A stretch of 62,998 bases of DNA, counting the filler, from Octopus bimaculoides (taxonomy: Eukaryota), in assembly GCF_001194135.2 (NCBI RefSeq). It is 6 parts of 6 records of this genome, joined end to end, with 100 filler letters (N's around TTAATTAATTAA, not from the genome) between each part and the next. Parts side by side here need not be neighbours in the genome. Positions count along the whole stretch, not along the records: positions 34,648 to 56,587 come from NC_068982.1; positions 56,688 to 59,186 come from NC_069007.1; positions 59,287 to 61,488 come from NC_068987.1; 3 more parts are not named here. One strand, 5' to 3'. Under the pieces are notes generated by a model, which was given only the letters and a program-made list of their open reading frames with translations, ran no database searches and was not told the origin of the DNA. This document shows, one piece after another, positions 48,946 through 61,488 of the stretch; positions within the stretch are counted from its first letter, which is position 1; each line of letters starts with the position of its first letter. A program made the translations under genes and the position numbers.

Positions 48946-50319
48946 CGTGTGTCTGTGTGTGTGTCGCTTCGGAAAGTCTTTGCTTGCTTGTGCCAACATA
49001 TGAAGTATATTAACATTGATGCGGAATGGCAAGATCTTTAAATTGTTTCAGAAAAATGCCTTGCGGTATTTCGATCATCCATTTTAAGATCTGAATTCAA
49101 ATCACGCCAAATGCAATTGCTTAGAATCCTCCTTACCCCTGGTTCGCTAAAATAAAATAATAAACTTTAGTAACCACCATACACTTACTTGGTTAACACC
49201 TCCTCTCTAAGTTGTGTCTTTATGCCTATGCAAGAAACATTCTATGTTAGTTTTTTTTCATTTAACAATGCTTCACCTCTTGATCATATATATATTAGGT
49301 GCACTAATTAAGCCATTGTATTTCAGATAAATAGTACCTTTCTGGACGCTTGTAAGTACAGTATTTAAATGTTTTAAGCTCGTTGGTCTGTGTCGAATTT
49401 GTAAGAAATAGGACCAACATCTCCAAGGTCTTCTCAGTATTTATAGAGTATATTTATTTATTTATCTGTGCATATATATACATCTTTAAAGTAAATCATC
49501 AGTATATCTCTCCACTAGAACAGTGGCTGATCATTGATGCTACTTCAGTCAGTGCCTTTGGAGTTTAATAATTTACAATATTCTTAACTATTCTTTTTCG
49601 GGAAACAAAAAATATCAGAGTCCTATTATTTAATACTGTCAAACTACTACATAACTGAGGTGACCTGGACAGAATTCACCCGTTTACATATTAACCTACT
49701 TTGGAGGGCTGCACGAAAACCATCACTGCTTAAACAATCCATGTCTCTAGAATGAATGAACATGTATTTGATTAACGTATATCTGGCAACACGGAGATTG
49801 ACAAATAGTATTAAGCTATGTGGCTAGATAGAGCGAATTTAATGGGTGGATAGAAACTCTTTAGTTTTGATTGCCATTGTTCTATAGATGAAAACCAGCA
49901 AACTCCATATGTTATGAGATGCTTTCCGGCTAAATATCCAATGTGGTGAGGTAATAAATATGAACATTTTCTCTTGCTTTCCGATTCCTAATGCATATTT
50001 CATTTGATGAGCGTATGAATTTTTATGGTTTCATCTAGGGAAAAAAGAAGTCGTACAGAAACCTCAAAAATATTAGGGAAAAGTCATTTTCTTTCTAAAT
50101 ACTGTTAAACATCTGAAATAAAGGTAGCTGTCACGGAGTAAACAAACTGCCCAACTCAGAACATGTGATAGCACCCTAGTGCCGGTCCTGCATTCATTAT
50201 GGTAGGACTAATTCTGAAAGTATATTTCGGAATTTCCCAGTAAGGGCCGAAGCTGAAAAGTCGAAGGAAAACTATGTAATGGAATTGGAGCTAAGTGTAA
50301 GAAACAATCAACAATAACA

Positions 50320-50537
50320 TCAAATAGTAATATTTTCTACTCTAGGCACAAGGCCTGACATTTTGGGGGAGGGTGCCAGTCGATTAGGTCGACCAAGTAC
50401 ACAACTGGTACTTTAATCTATCGACCCCGAAATGATATGTCGACCACGACGGAATTGGGTCTCTGAACGTAAAGACAAACGAAATGCAGCTAAGCATTTC
50501 GCCCGGCGTGCTAACGTTACTTCCAGCTCGCCGCCGT
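50320..50537 (-). mobile_element. SINE family D
   Basis: Homologous to 51405-51648. Confidence 0.85.
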
Positions 50538-50574
50538 ATAACTTCAAATAATGATAATAATTTTTTTATTATTC

Positions 50575-50775
50575 ATTTGAGGTGAAAAGCTTGCAGAATT
50601 CTAAGGGCGTTTGTCAGACTGCTTAACATTTACGTTCTGAGTTCAAATTCCATCCAGTTCAAATTCCATCCAGTTCAAATTTGCCATTTATCTTTCAGGG
50701 TCGATAACATAAGTACCATTTCTGCACAGTTCTGCACAGAATGAATCTACCTCTCTCCCTAAAATTAACAAGATT
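50575..50775 (+). mobile_element. SINE family D, degenerate, with a triplicated AGTTCAAATT B-box region
   Basis: GTTCTGAGTTCAAATTCC and GGGTCGATAACATAAGTACC. Confidence 0.6.
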
Positions 50776-51404
50776 TTTTTTCCAAAAATGTGATGCAGTT
50801 AAAATTTATTTTAAATAGTAACTGTTGATACAATGTATGATGCATACCAGAAAACTAACCAGCTGTATTTGATTTCGTTTACCTGTGATCGGAAACCAAA
50901 CTCAAGAGAGTTAAATGTTCAGTAATTTTGTGTATCTACATAAAAAAGCATGAATATTTGTGTCAATTTATTTACAATATTTTACCTTATTTTATACTTT
51001 TCTTTAGAATATAATTGTAAATCTTTCCTGTATTTGTTGCTGTTAAGTAGACATATGTCAGCTTTGAAACAGCTATAATTTGTTTCGTGTGGGTGTTTGC
51101 CATTGATGACAAGTCAACTGTCAATGAGTGGGTGGCAAAACAAAAGAAGGAGTTGGGGTGGGTATATCACTCTCTAAATGGTACTGAGAAAAGAAAATGG
51201 TTTTGTAAGGTGTCTCGAATTTTTACCTGCCCTAGAATTGAACTAGTAATAATGTAATTGGATGAATTATCTAAAGTGAAATCTGTCTCACCTAAGATGG
51301 TGGCAACTTTGACAAGTGACTGTAATGATTCCGAGAACATTGTACAGAAGAACTCAGGGCGTTTTTTCGAATCTTAATTGCTAATTCAATATGTGTCTGA
51401 TACA

Positions 51405-51648
51405 GCGGTGAGCTCGCACAAATGTTAGCACACCNNNNNNNNNNNNNNNNNNNNNNNNNNNNNNNNNNGAGAAATGCTTAGCGGTATTTCGTCTGTGTTT
51501 ACGTCCTGAGTTCAAATTCCGGTGAGGTCGACTTTGCCTGTCATCCTTTCGGGGTCGATAACTTAAGTACCAGCTGCGTACTGGAGTCGAACTAATCGAC
51601 TGCACCCCCTCCTCAAAGATTTCGGGCCTTGTGGCTAGAGTAGAACAG
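51405..51648 (+). mobile_element. Full-length SINE family D (contains a small gap)
   Basis: tRNA-like head; perfect 17-bp TSD AATATGTGTCTGATACA at 51388-51404 and 51649-51665. Confidence 0.92.
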
Positions 51649-52019
51649 AATATGTGTCTGATACAACTCAAAACAAGGAGATCGATGTTGAAACAATTGC
51701 AGTCCCTGTTAAATATTGTAATCTTTCAGTAAATATAACGTTGTGATTTTTAACATATTATGGTACTGATTGAAGAGAATTTGCAGCTCAAATAAACATC
51801 CAGAGTCTCTCTGCTGTTATAAATGCGACTATATGTTAAAAGGCAGATTGTTTGTTTTAATATTTTTCTGATGCCTAGACATACACGAATACTTTAGTAA
51901 CTGTGTGCTAACTTTTTAAAGATGATAATGTAATGGGCAGCAATGTTCGATGTGGGGCCTAGTGAATGTGGACAACAGAAGAATGGCGGTTTCATGATCC
52001 CTAGATTGGAAAATTCTGA

Positions 52020-54200
52020 GGATCCATGAGCACATTTTGCAGGCAACACCGACTTTTTTGTTGATGTGCACACTCCAACTAAGGTTACTGTCGACAGTTA
52101 CACCTAAGTCTCTGATATTATCCGACGGTTCAAGTAGGTCTCCCTACGGTAGTGTATATGATTGTTTGAGTGTGCTCTCTCTTCCAAAGTGGATGAATTC
52201 AAATTTTTCTTCGTTCAACTGCATATTGTTACATTATGCCCACTGGCTTACTGCGCATAGGTCCTATTGAAGCATTGTTCGATCATATGCTCCCTTAATA
52301 ACTTTCTAGAGCTTAGAGTCATCTGTAAACATGTTTATGGTGCTTGTTCAATGCAATCTGCAATGTCATTGATATAGTCAATAAAAAGAAGTGGACCCAG
52401 CACAGTACCCTGCGGGACTCTGCTGATGACTTTTGCTGATGACTTTTGCTGCCATCAAACGCAACGTGCTGGGTCCTGTTTGTTAGGAAATACCTAATCC
52501 ATTGAAGTAGCTTTCCACCGATTCCAGTGTTGGATAGTTTCTTTAACAGTATATTGTTGTTGACTCTATCAAAGACCTTGCTGAAATCAAGGAGCCCTCT
52601 CTTAGTGCATTTAAGATGTCATCAGAGTGGTGGAGGAGCTGTGTTAGACAGCCCCTCCCAACACGAAAGCCATGCTGGTTGCAATTTAGGAGGTGATTTT
52701 GCTTCAGTGGCATTGAAGGTTATGTCGGAAAGGACACGTTGAGGATTCACAGAAGCAAAGCTGCTTGAATCAGCTGTATCAGGTCACTGAAGACAGAGCA
52801 GTATTGTTTTTGCAGTGTCTCAGCCATATCTTTGGCATCACTGTGAAGGATGCCGTTTCCACCAGCCAGTGAGCTGATAGAGGAAACTGTGGTCCTATGT
52901 GTTTTTGCAAAGGAGTAAAAGACCTTAGGATTATGCTTGATGTTGGTAGTATATGTTGAATATTTCTCTGGATATTTTTCACCAGGTTCTCGAGTCACTG
53001 CAGTTGCTGTTACACTGCTGGATGCGACCACAATTAATGTTATTACTACCTTTGTTTTTTTTGGCTTGGTTTTCTGTTCCCCGGTTTATGTGGGGGAAAG
53101 GAACCATTTTTGCCGTAGGAGGCGATACAGTTATTGTGGTGATTCGAGTTTGTGGAGTTGGGATAAGGAGCAGGCTTGACGTGGTTGCATCTGCTGCTGA
53201 GAGCACTCACAATATTATCACTTTTCTTAGGGCCACTATATTTACTAATGGAGCGTCTAGTTCTCGGTTGGTGGCTAAAAGTGCAGTTTTGTTGCAAACA
53301 TTCTCTCATGAAGAAAATAGCGGCAGATATTGGGATTCAGTTTTGTAAGAGGATTGTGATGGACGTTCCATAGTTGATACGTCTAGTTTCTGGGGGGGGG
53401 GTGATTGAAAAGACACTCTTGTCACAAACACATCCTCTCACGGAGGGAATAACAGCAGATTTTGGGGTTCCGTTTTGTTTGTTAGGGCGAGATATGTGGC
53501 AATTGTTTGTTTACGGAAGAATTAGAGTTGAATGATTCTGTGAATGATGTGGTAAGGGTTGTTCTTGGTGAACTTGGTTGGGCTGAGATGTTAGTCATCC
53601 TATTGCTAGGATGTAACGGTGAAGGACTGGTACATATCGTGGTGGTGGAGACAGTAGTAGTAGCTGATGATGACTATGGTGACGACGGCACTGGCATCAA
53701 TAATAATGGTGGTGGTGCTACTGGTGGTGACGATGGCGATGTTGCTTGTGATGGTGATGACGGTGATGGCAGTGGTGTTGTTGGTGATGGTAATGGTGAT
53801 GGTAGTGATGTTGCTGGTAATGGGTATGAGGGATTGGTTGTCTTGGTAATAATGGTGTGAGCAGATTTTGGTATGTGGGTATTAGTATGTTGGAAAGTTA
53901 ACAGGTCAAAGCGGTAGGTAGTTTTCGTTTAGTAGAATCGGCGAATATTAAGTGGAGTATTTTAAGATGCTCCTTAAGGAGGTGGTAGGATTTCGAAATG
54001 TGCTTTAGTTTAGATTCCACTTGTTTTGCTATTCGAATTTTAGAAGCAACGTCAGTGAGGCATGACGCTTGTGTGTTGGCTTTTTGTGAAAGGTGAAGCC
54101 AGCTGTTGAGTAGAATAGCAATTTCATTCTCTGTCCAGTGAAATTTTTTGGGGGGCTATTTTGCTCTTAGTGATAGTAGTTGCTGTCTTTTCTTTCGTTG
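52020..54200 (-). mobile_element. CR1-clade LINE with several internal deletions (ORF1, linker, partial RT)
   Basis: NPKVFYSFAK, NQHGFRVGRGCLTQLL, LDFSKVFDRV, VPQGTVLGPLLF, MFTDD, RDLGVTVD; no endonuclease domain seen. Confidence 0.88.
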
Positions 54201-54620
54201 GTTTTGCTAGTCAATAATTTAGGTAGATTCTCTTTTTTTCTCTATGTAATGGAGAAAAAATAATTTTGGAAATGAGGAGTACTTGAGTTTTGCGAAATTA
54301 CGTGATAGTTTAAAAATATACAATCTTGTGTAATGTGACCGTTAGTTTTAAACAGAAATATACGAGTGAAAATGTTGTAATGATAGTAATTACTGTAAAG
54401 TGGTTGTACTCTGTTTGTTAGGTGTCTTTACCTTCGCTCGTTTTGCTAGTCAGTGATTTAGGTGGTATATCTTTTTCTCAATGTGATGGAGAAAAGACGA
54501 TTTTGAAAGTGAAGGGTTTTCTATTTTTGCGAACTTTTGTGATAGTTTGATACGTATAATCTTGCATTTGTGGCCGTTAGATTTAAACAGAGTGTTAAAG
54601 AGATATACAAGCGAAAAGTC
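54194..54620. repeat. Two diverged direct repeats (period about 240 bp) upstream of the CR1 ORF1
   Basis: TTTTGCTAGTCA...GATAGTTT...CCGTTAG...TAAACAGA present twice. Confidence 0.7.
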
Positions 54621-55019
54621 AAAAGTGTGTGTAAATTCTGACAGCTCAATAAATTTAATAAAATCACAGGATGCATGTGCACTTGCGTTTATAAAATTAC
54701 AGGAGAAATTTCCATTGTACTAACGAGAAATTATTTTTTTCCCCACAGATTGTTGCAGGTACTATGGGGTCAGATTTAAACTTCTATTGGTTTCATATCG
54801 TAGCTTTCGCAAGAATTAGGATTTTTTTTTCTTTTTTTTATAGGAATTAATTTTTGAAATGTTTGAGTTGAGCTGGTTTCTGTTTCTTCAACTACTTACT
54901 AAGCAGGGCGATGAAAAGACACGTCTGGTTGCGAGAATAACAGTTTAAAAGCTCTATACGAATGTTCAATCTCAGCCCCATTTAGTATGACGTGGAATTT
55001 AATAAAATATCAATTAATA

Positions 55020-55235
55020 ATTGTTTCTAATTAGAAACCAAGGCTAGCATTTTTTTCTTCTTTTTCGTAGGGTACGTTAGTTGGCGGTATTGACTACAGT
55101 ATTTATCTAACTCTTTTTATCGAATCAGAAAAGATGAATGTCGAAGTTGATCTCTTCGGGATATAAACTCAGAACGTATAAGAGCAAAGCAAACACCACA
55201 AAGTATTTTCTCCGACACTCTAATGATTCTCCCTG
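55020..55235 (-). mobile_element. SINE family D, old and degenerate
   Basis: AACTCAGAACGTA and other partial matches to family D. Confidence 0.5.
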
Positions 55236-56527
55236 GAAGCCTTCTTAAAGTTTTAGTTTATAGCGTGATGAATTTCAATATAAATATAATTAATTAAAGT
55301 TTGAAAACTTTATATGATGGTTAGTGTCACAGTTGGATGATAGAAAGCGAAACAATATATTATGTATAACAGAATTAATTTAAAATCTCAATATGTGAAA
55401 CAGTTACATAAAATATTTATCAGTTATAAAATCCGTCAAAAACTGTGGTTGAACAAAATATACGAAGAATCTCTCTTCAATTATAAAATTATCAAAGCAA
55501 ATTGTAGTTAGCAAATTAAATGCATAATGTTAACAAGGTAAGTATTAAACTCTTGGTTGTATCTATCTAATCTTGTTATACTGCTATAAAAGCAACATTT
55601 AATATGGCACTATATTTTGAGATATACCGAAAGTCCCACAACATCATGTTCAAATGTTTGGTTACATTTTCACATGAGTTTTGTCCATCATAAGTTAACT
55701 ATGCTATATTCCTCCCTCTTTTCCAATCTCAAATGATTCTAATATAATAGCATGTACATAATTTATTTCTATTCCATCTACATTTCAAATTTCATTTCCT
55801 TTACATTAATTTCTTTGAACAGCATAGGCAAATTTATTTTTTCGTTCCTGCGTACTGTAATTACGTAGATAAACATAAAATTATGTAAATATGTACGCAT
55901 GTTTTATATAAATTTGTACATAAGAGCTCAGTTGTACGCTTGCATTACGACGTATGTAGAAATAAAAAACGAATATTTACACACATATAAATATATAAAT
56001 ACTCACATATATGTCTGTTTGACATATGGATAGTTAGTGTGTGTGTGTGTGTGTGTGTGGGTGTGTTGTTTACTCACTTAATTGCATTACATACATAAAG
56101 GTACATGTACTCAGCACATATGTACATGTGTGTATTTATGCATATGTGTGTATTCTTCTATGTAGGTAAATGCATACACATCAACTTGAACTTTGCAATC
56201 GAAATAGTGTCATGTACAATAGCACGATCTCCGAACATTGTTCGTTTCACCAGTATAATCTGATCTCTGCTTTGAGAAAGGTGAGTTAAATATGAACAAA
56301 ATTTCTATTATTTCGATGACACATTCTACAGTGTAAACATATATCATTTGATGGAACATTATTCTAAATAAGAGCTGCAAACACAGAATTATATATGCAC
56401 AACAAACATTAAACGTATAATGCTATTCAAAATTTTCTTTAAAAAGTAAATTTTCATGAAGTAGATTCATTGATATAATTTCTCACATTCACACATACAT
56501 ACATGCATACATACATACATACATACA

Positions 56528-56587
<60 letters not shown>

Positions 56588-56688
56588 NNNNNNNNNNNNN
56601 NNNNNNNNNNNNNNNNNNNNNNNNNNNNNNNTTAATTAATTAANNNNNNNNNNNNNNNNNNNNNNNNNNNNNNNNNNNNNNNNNNNNA

Positions 56689-57054
56689 GCAGCACTTCCC
56701 TTTCCGCCGCACGAAAGACGGTGCCATCTCTATCCTTCCTTCCTTTCTAGTCAGCACCGTGCATTCCTTACTCTTTCACTCTCTACTAACAGACAACCTT
56801 TTTCTACATTATCAACTGCTAATTAGCGAGTCAATCTTGTCACTACCACTAGAATTGTTAGTGTCTCTTTAATTACCTCTCGGGCAAACGAATAAACATA
56901 TGTAAATAATATTTCTTCCTTCTTGGTGTTGATTCTTCGATGTTTACTGGTTATTCTGACGAGAGAATCTTCAAGCGTTACATCTATACGCTACATTCAG
57001 TAATGGGCTACATCATATCGACTTCATATGGCACATCACATCCAGCCCACTACA
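56689..57054 (+). mobile_element. 3' part of an LTR of the same family as 31136-31807 (5' part lies in a gap)
   Basis: Collinear similarity including AATAAACATATGTAAATAATATTTCTTCCTTCTT and a CTACA end; no PBS follows. Confidence 0.85.
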
Positions 57055-57139
57055 TATATATAATGCATATATATGTTAATATATGTAGTATGCATTAAAG
57101 CGATCTAGTATTTGAAAGTGGGAATGAAATCGGCTGCCT

Positions 57140-57765
57140 TGAAAGAAGCCCAAAGTAACGATGGTGGGCCCTATCGAAACTTTTCCATTGGTCCAAACTG
57201 ATCAGGGGTGCAACAAAATCAGGTTTTCTACTCTCTGTCTCTCCACGGTGTATCACACGAGTTGGCGGTTTTTGTGAGATCTGCTCAGGATCACACTGGT
57301 TTGTGTCTGCCTTCCTGACTATACTTCTGACAAGAGACAGCCTTCTGTTTGCACCTTGGTGAAAAACTTTTAATGCCGTATATCGGCAAAAAACTAGGGT
57401 TTTTTTCGAATGAAGTAGTTCGAGTTACAGGCCTACTTCATTATTCTCGCCGTCAGGAATACATTGTTCTGTTGGAAATCTATGACTAACAGCACATTCA
57501 ACATAGCGAAGGGCTGAAAATGATCGATTATGTCTTTCTTAATCCCGTCTTTTTTCGGTAGCCCTACCAGTTTCCGGTTCACTGAACTGGGAAATCTTCC
57601 GTTCACTGGCAGTTGAAGTATTTCTACCAAGATGTCGGTGAACAAGAGTCTGTCATGCATATATCTAGCTAATATTCCACACCACCCAAACCAAACGGTT
57701 TACCTCTTGTACAACCACTTACTATCTTCAGAATCCCAGTTGCTGTTATCGGACCTTCATTGTAC
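57140..57765 (-). pseudogene. L1/Tx1-type reverse transcriptase fragment
   Basis: GPITA, NGRFPSSVNR, IIDHFQPFAMLN, LISLDQWKSFDRAHH resemble Tx1 RT motifs. Confidence 0.7.
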
Positions 57766-57769
57766 TCCG

Positions 57770-58200
57770 TTTTCCAACATCTTCGGACGCTTCTTTCCAA
57801 CGGCTTCCGACACTTCTTTTTGTCGTTTTCCGACGTTTCTTTCCGACATCTTTCGACGCTTCTTTTCAGCGTCTTCCAACGCTTGTTTCCAACGTCTTTC
57901 GACGCTTCTTTCCATCGTCTTCTAACGTCTTCCGACGTTTCTTTCCGACGTTTTCCGACGCTTCTTCCCGACGTCTTTCGATGCTTCTTTCCGACATCTT
58001 TCGACGCTTCTTTTCAGCGTCTTTCGACGCTTGTTTCCGACGCTTCTTTCTAACGTCTTCTGATGCTTCTTTCCATCATCTTCTGACGTATACCGACGTT
58101 TCTTTCCGACGTTTTCCGACGCTTCTTTCCAACGTCTTCCTACGCTTCTTTCCGACGTTTTCCGATGCTTCTCTTCGACGTCTTCCGACACTTCTTTCCT
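57770..58200. repeat. CpG-rich minisatellite of 10-13 bp TCCGACG-based subunits with irregular higher-order structure
   Basis: Directly visible; a 35-nt block recurs at 57841 and 57989. Confidence 0.9.
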
Positions 58201-58721
58201 AAAGTCTACTATTGAGAAAAAAAAAACAAAAGACACTTAGCGTAAGTACTGCACATTGGAATCGAACCTCAAACCTGATTATTGCGAAGTGAAATTCATG
58301 ACCTCAGAGTCATGCCCATAGCGATAGCCCCTACAATGTTTCGTGACAGTTCCTTTTTCCCGTCGCCTTCCACATATTTACATATTCTAATATTCTTTCC
58401 TTCTCATAATTAGCCATAATAACGCCGAGAACTTCAACTCGAAAAATGGTTGTCACAAGACTAAAGCAGATTCCAGCGCTTTGCTTGATCCAAAAGATTG
58501 CGATCGTAAAACATGCTGATCAAACAGAAATCTGAAGATCTGAAGATTTACAAAATCTGAAAATAAACGACTATCATAGCAATGTCTGAATTATACAGCT
58601 TGTTCGTTTTATATCGTTCCATCTTAATGTTCCTATTTGATTATATCCACACATAACAACTTCATTATATTTATATACTAGAAGACTGTTGCCCGAATAA
58701 GATTGGGAACATACTTTTGTA

Positions 58722-58875
58722 TGGATGTTAAGAATCTCGCTTTTGCTGTCACGTGGGTTCGGGTTCAGTACGTCTGCACGGCACATTGGACATATGTTTT
58801 TTTACTATAACACCGGGTTGACTAATGTCTTGTGTGTGAATTTGGTAGATAGGAACTGTGTGAAAATCTGTTGTA
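58722..58875 (+). mobile_element. SINE family B head, degenerate
   Basis: GGGTTCGGGTTCAGT...GGCACATTGG...TACTATA...AATTTGGTAGA, followed by (GT)n(GA)n. Confidence 0.6.
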
Positions 58876-58880
58876 TATGC

Positions 58881-58952
<72 letters not shown>

Positions 58953-59286
58953 AAGTATAAATAATGGTCATTACATATTGTTCTTTATTGTAGGAAATTT
59001 GACTTACAGCTGTTTCTAGTAGTTATTAGATGTTCATTATTGATAGGCTTATATTTTTAGACCGAATGTAGTTTTCTGGTGTTATATTTATTTTTCCTGA
59101 AGATGTGTGTAGGAATTTTGATTTATTAAGTCTCTTAATGAATTCTTTATACTGAAATATATATTGAAGAAGAAAAATATGTTCATNNNNNNNNNNNNNN
59201 NNNNNNNNNNNNNNNNNNNNNNNNNNNNNNTTAATTAATTAANNNNNNNNNNNNNNNNNNNNNNNNNNNNNNNNNNNNNNNNNNNN

Positions 59287-59339
<53 letters not shown>

Positions 59340-59419
59340 ATACATATATATGTATATATATGTATGTATATATATATATAAACTTAGATTTACTTAGATA
59401 AACTTAGATATGTTTCGAT

Positions 59420-59735
59420 CAAAGATTGGTCCAGCCCATGTCTTACTTAATAGCACCACCTGATAGGATTATCTAAATCCTTTTTACAGTCAAGTTTTGT
59501 TTATGGTTCATTCAAGTAGTGAGTTGTATCCAGGTATAGGTGGCTTGTCTGGTATTCGTTGAAGAAATCTGTCTAGACTCCGTTTAAAGTTGATAGGATA
59601 CTTTTCCTCTTTTATCTGTTTCGGGAAAATGTTAAACAGGGCAGGGCCTGTTGAGGAAAAGAAATTATGCCGCAGTGTACCTCTATGTTGTGATCTTGAA
59701 TTGGGCAGGGGAAGAATCGCAGCAAAATAATAAGA
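59420..59735 (-). mobile_element. CR1-clade LINE 3' end fragment
   Basis: FSSTGPALFNIFPKQIK...FKRSLDRFLQRIPDKPPIPGY matches the typical CR1 ORF2 C-terminus. Confidence 0.8.
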
Positions 59736-60089
59736 AATATACATGCCCAACTTTAATATTGCTTTCTGTAAATGCACTTTGTCGTACAAATCCTACATTC
59801 ATATACGCACGCATGTTTGCATGTGTGTAATAAGTTCCAATTATATTTTCTGTTTAATAAAGTTTCTACTTTGGTAAGGAGTCACATATTCCGCTAACGT
59901 CCCGTGATTTAAATCTTAGCAAAATTTTACCACACACGTTTACAAATGTGTGTAACCGTTTATTAGTGTGTGAGTGCGTGTGTTACCTTCGCTCCTTTTT
60001 TTTTTCCTTTAGTATAATAGATATATATTTTTTCATGCATTATTTTCAAACGTCCTACTTCAAAATACATCAACAGGAAAGACTACAAA

Positions 60090-60192
<103 letters not shown>

Positions 60193-60899
60193 NNNNNNNN
60201 NNNNNNNNNNNNNNNNNNNNNNNNNNNNNNNNNNNNNNNNNNNNNNNNNNNNNNNNNNNNNNNNNNNNNNNNNNNNNNNNNNNNNNNNNNNNNNNNNNNN
60301 NNNNNNNNNNNNNNNNNNNNNNNNNNNNNNNNNNNNNNNNNNNNNNNNNNNNNNNNNNNNNNNNNNNNNNNNNNNNNNNNNNNNNNNNNNNNNNNNNNNN
60401 NNNNNNNNNNNNNNNNNNNNNNNNNNNNNNNNNNNNNNNNNNNNNNNNNNNNNNNNNNNNNNNNNNNNNNNNNNNNNNNNNNNNNNNNNNNNNNNNNNNN
60501 NNNNNNNNNNNNNNNNNNNNNNNNNNNNNNNNNNNNNNNNNNNNNNNNNNNNNNNNNNNNNNNNNNNNNNNNNNNNNNNNNNNNNNNNNNNNNNNNNNNN
60601 NNNNNNNNNNNNNNNNNNNNNNNNNNNNNNNNNNNNNNNNNNNNNNNNNNNNNNNNNNNNNNNNNNNTTTTTGCGTCCAAGATAGAGATAAAGACATTGC
60701 CTGCTTCGCAATGTTTTTCCCCTCTCACATCTCGCCTGCTAAGTTAGCTTTAATTTCATGCTGGTTTACGAAGTCAGTCATGCATTTGCCAATGTATTTT
60801 AACGTGAATGCAAGGACAATGGAAACCTTTGATGTGTTTACAAAACTAAACCAGTTGACAGCACGAAAAGTAGAGTAGTACAATTTAGTAGGTCCATTC

Positions 60900-60945
<46 letters not shown>

Positions 60946-61348
60946 GCTGTTGATGTTGTTATTATTGTTGTTGTTGATGTTGTTATCATCTTGCTGTTGC
61001 CCCTACTTAGGGTTTACAAGAGATACAAACGCACGTACTATAGCGTGTATACACATTTTAAAGAAGAGGATACAATTTTGTTTTTTTCTATTTTTTAGAT
61101 AGCAATGCACAGCACAACTGTACGCCGGTATCTGTGGATGAAACCACAAAGGGAGAAGTGAAAAGCAGAACACACTCAACTAAAAATAGACTATCATACA
61201 TACATACATACATACATACATACATACATACATACATACATGCATACATACATACATACATACATGCATGTACGCATAGACACACACGCATAGACTTACA
61301 TATATACACACATATATACGCACATATACATATGTATATAATTGTATG

Positions 61349-61387
<39 letters not shown>

Positions 61388-61390
61388 ATA

Positions 61391-61488
61391 GGCGCAGGAG
61401 TGTATGTGTGGTAAGTAACTTGCTTACCAACCACATGGTTCCGGGTTCATTCTCACTGTGTGCACCTTGAGCAAGTGTCTTCTACTAT
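61391..61488 (+). mobile_element. SINE family B head (cut by a gap)
   Basis: Matches the head of the 24691 copy. Confidence 0.85.

Noticed and set aside
54749-54830. Possible last exon of MAD2L1BP (…NFYWFH…)
   Set aside because: Only WF matches the expected IWFQ...KG motif; insufficient.
57922-58236. Lys/Arg-rich minus-strand ORF with an acceptor-like tract
   Set aside because: It is a minisatellite translation, and all three frames stop within the array.
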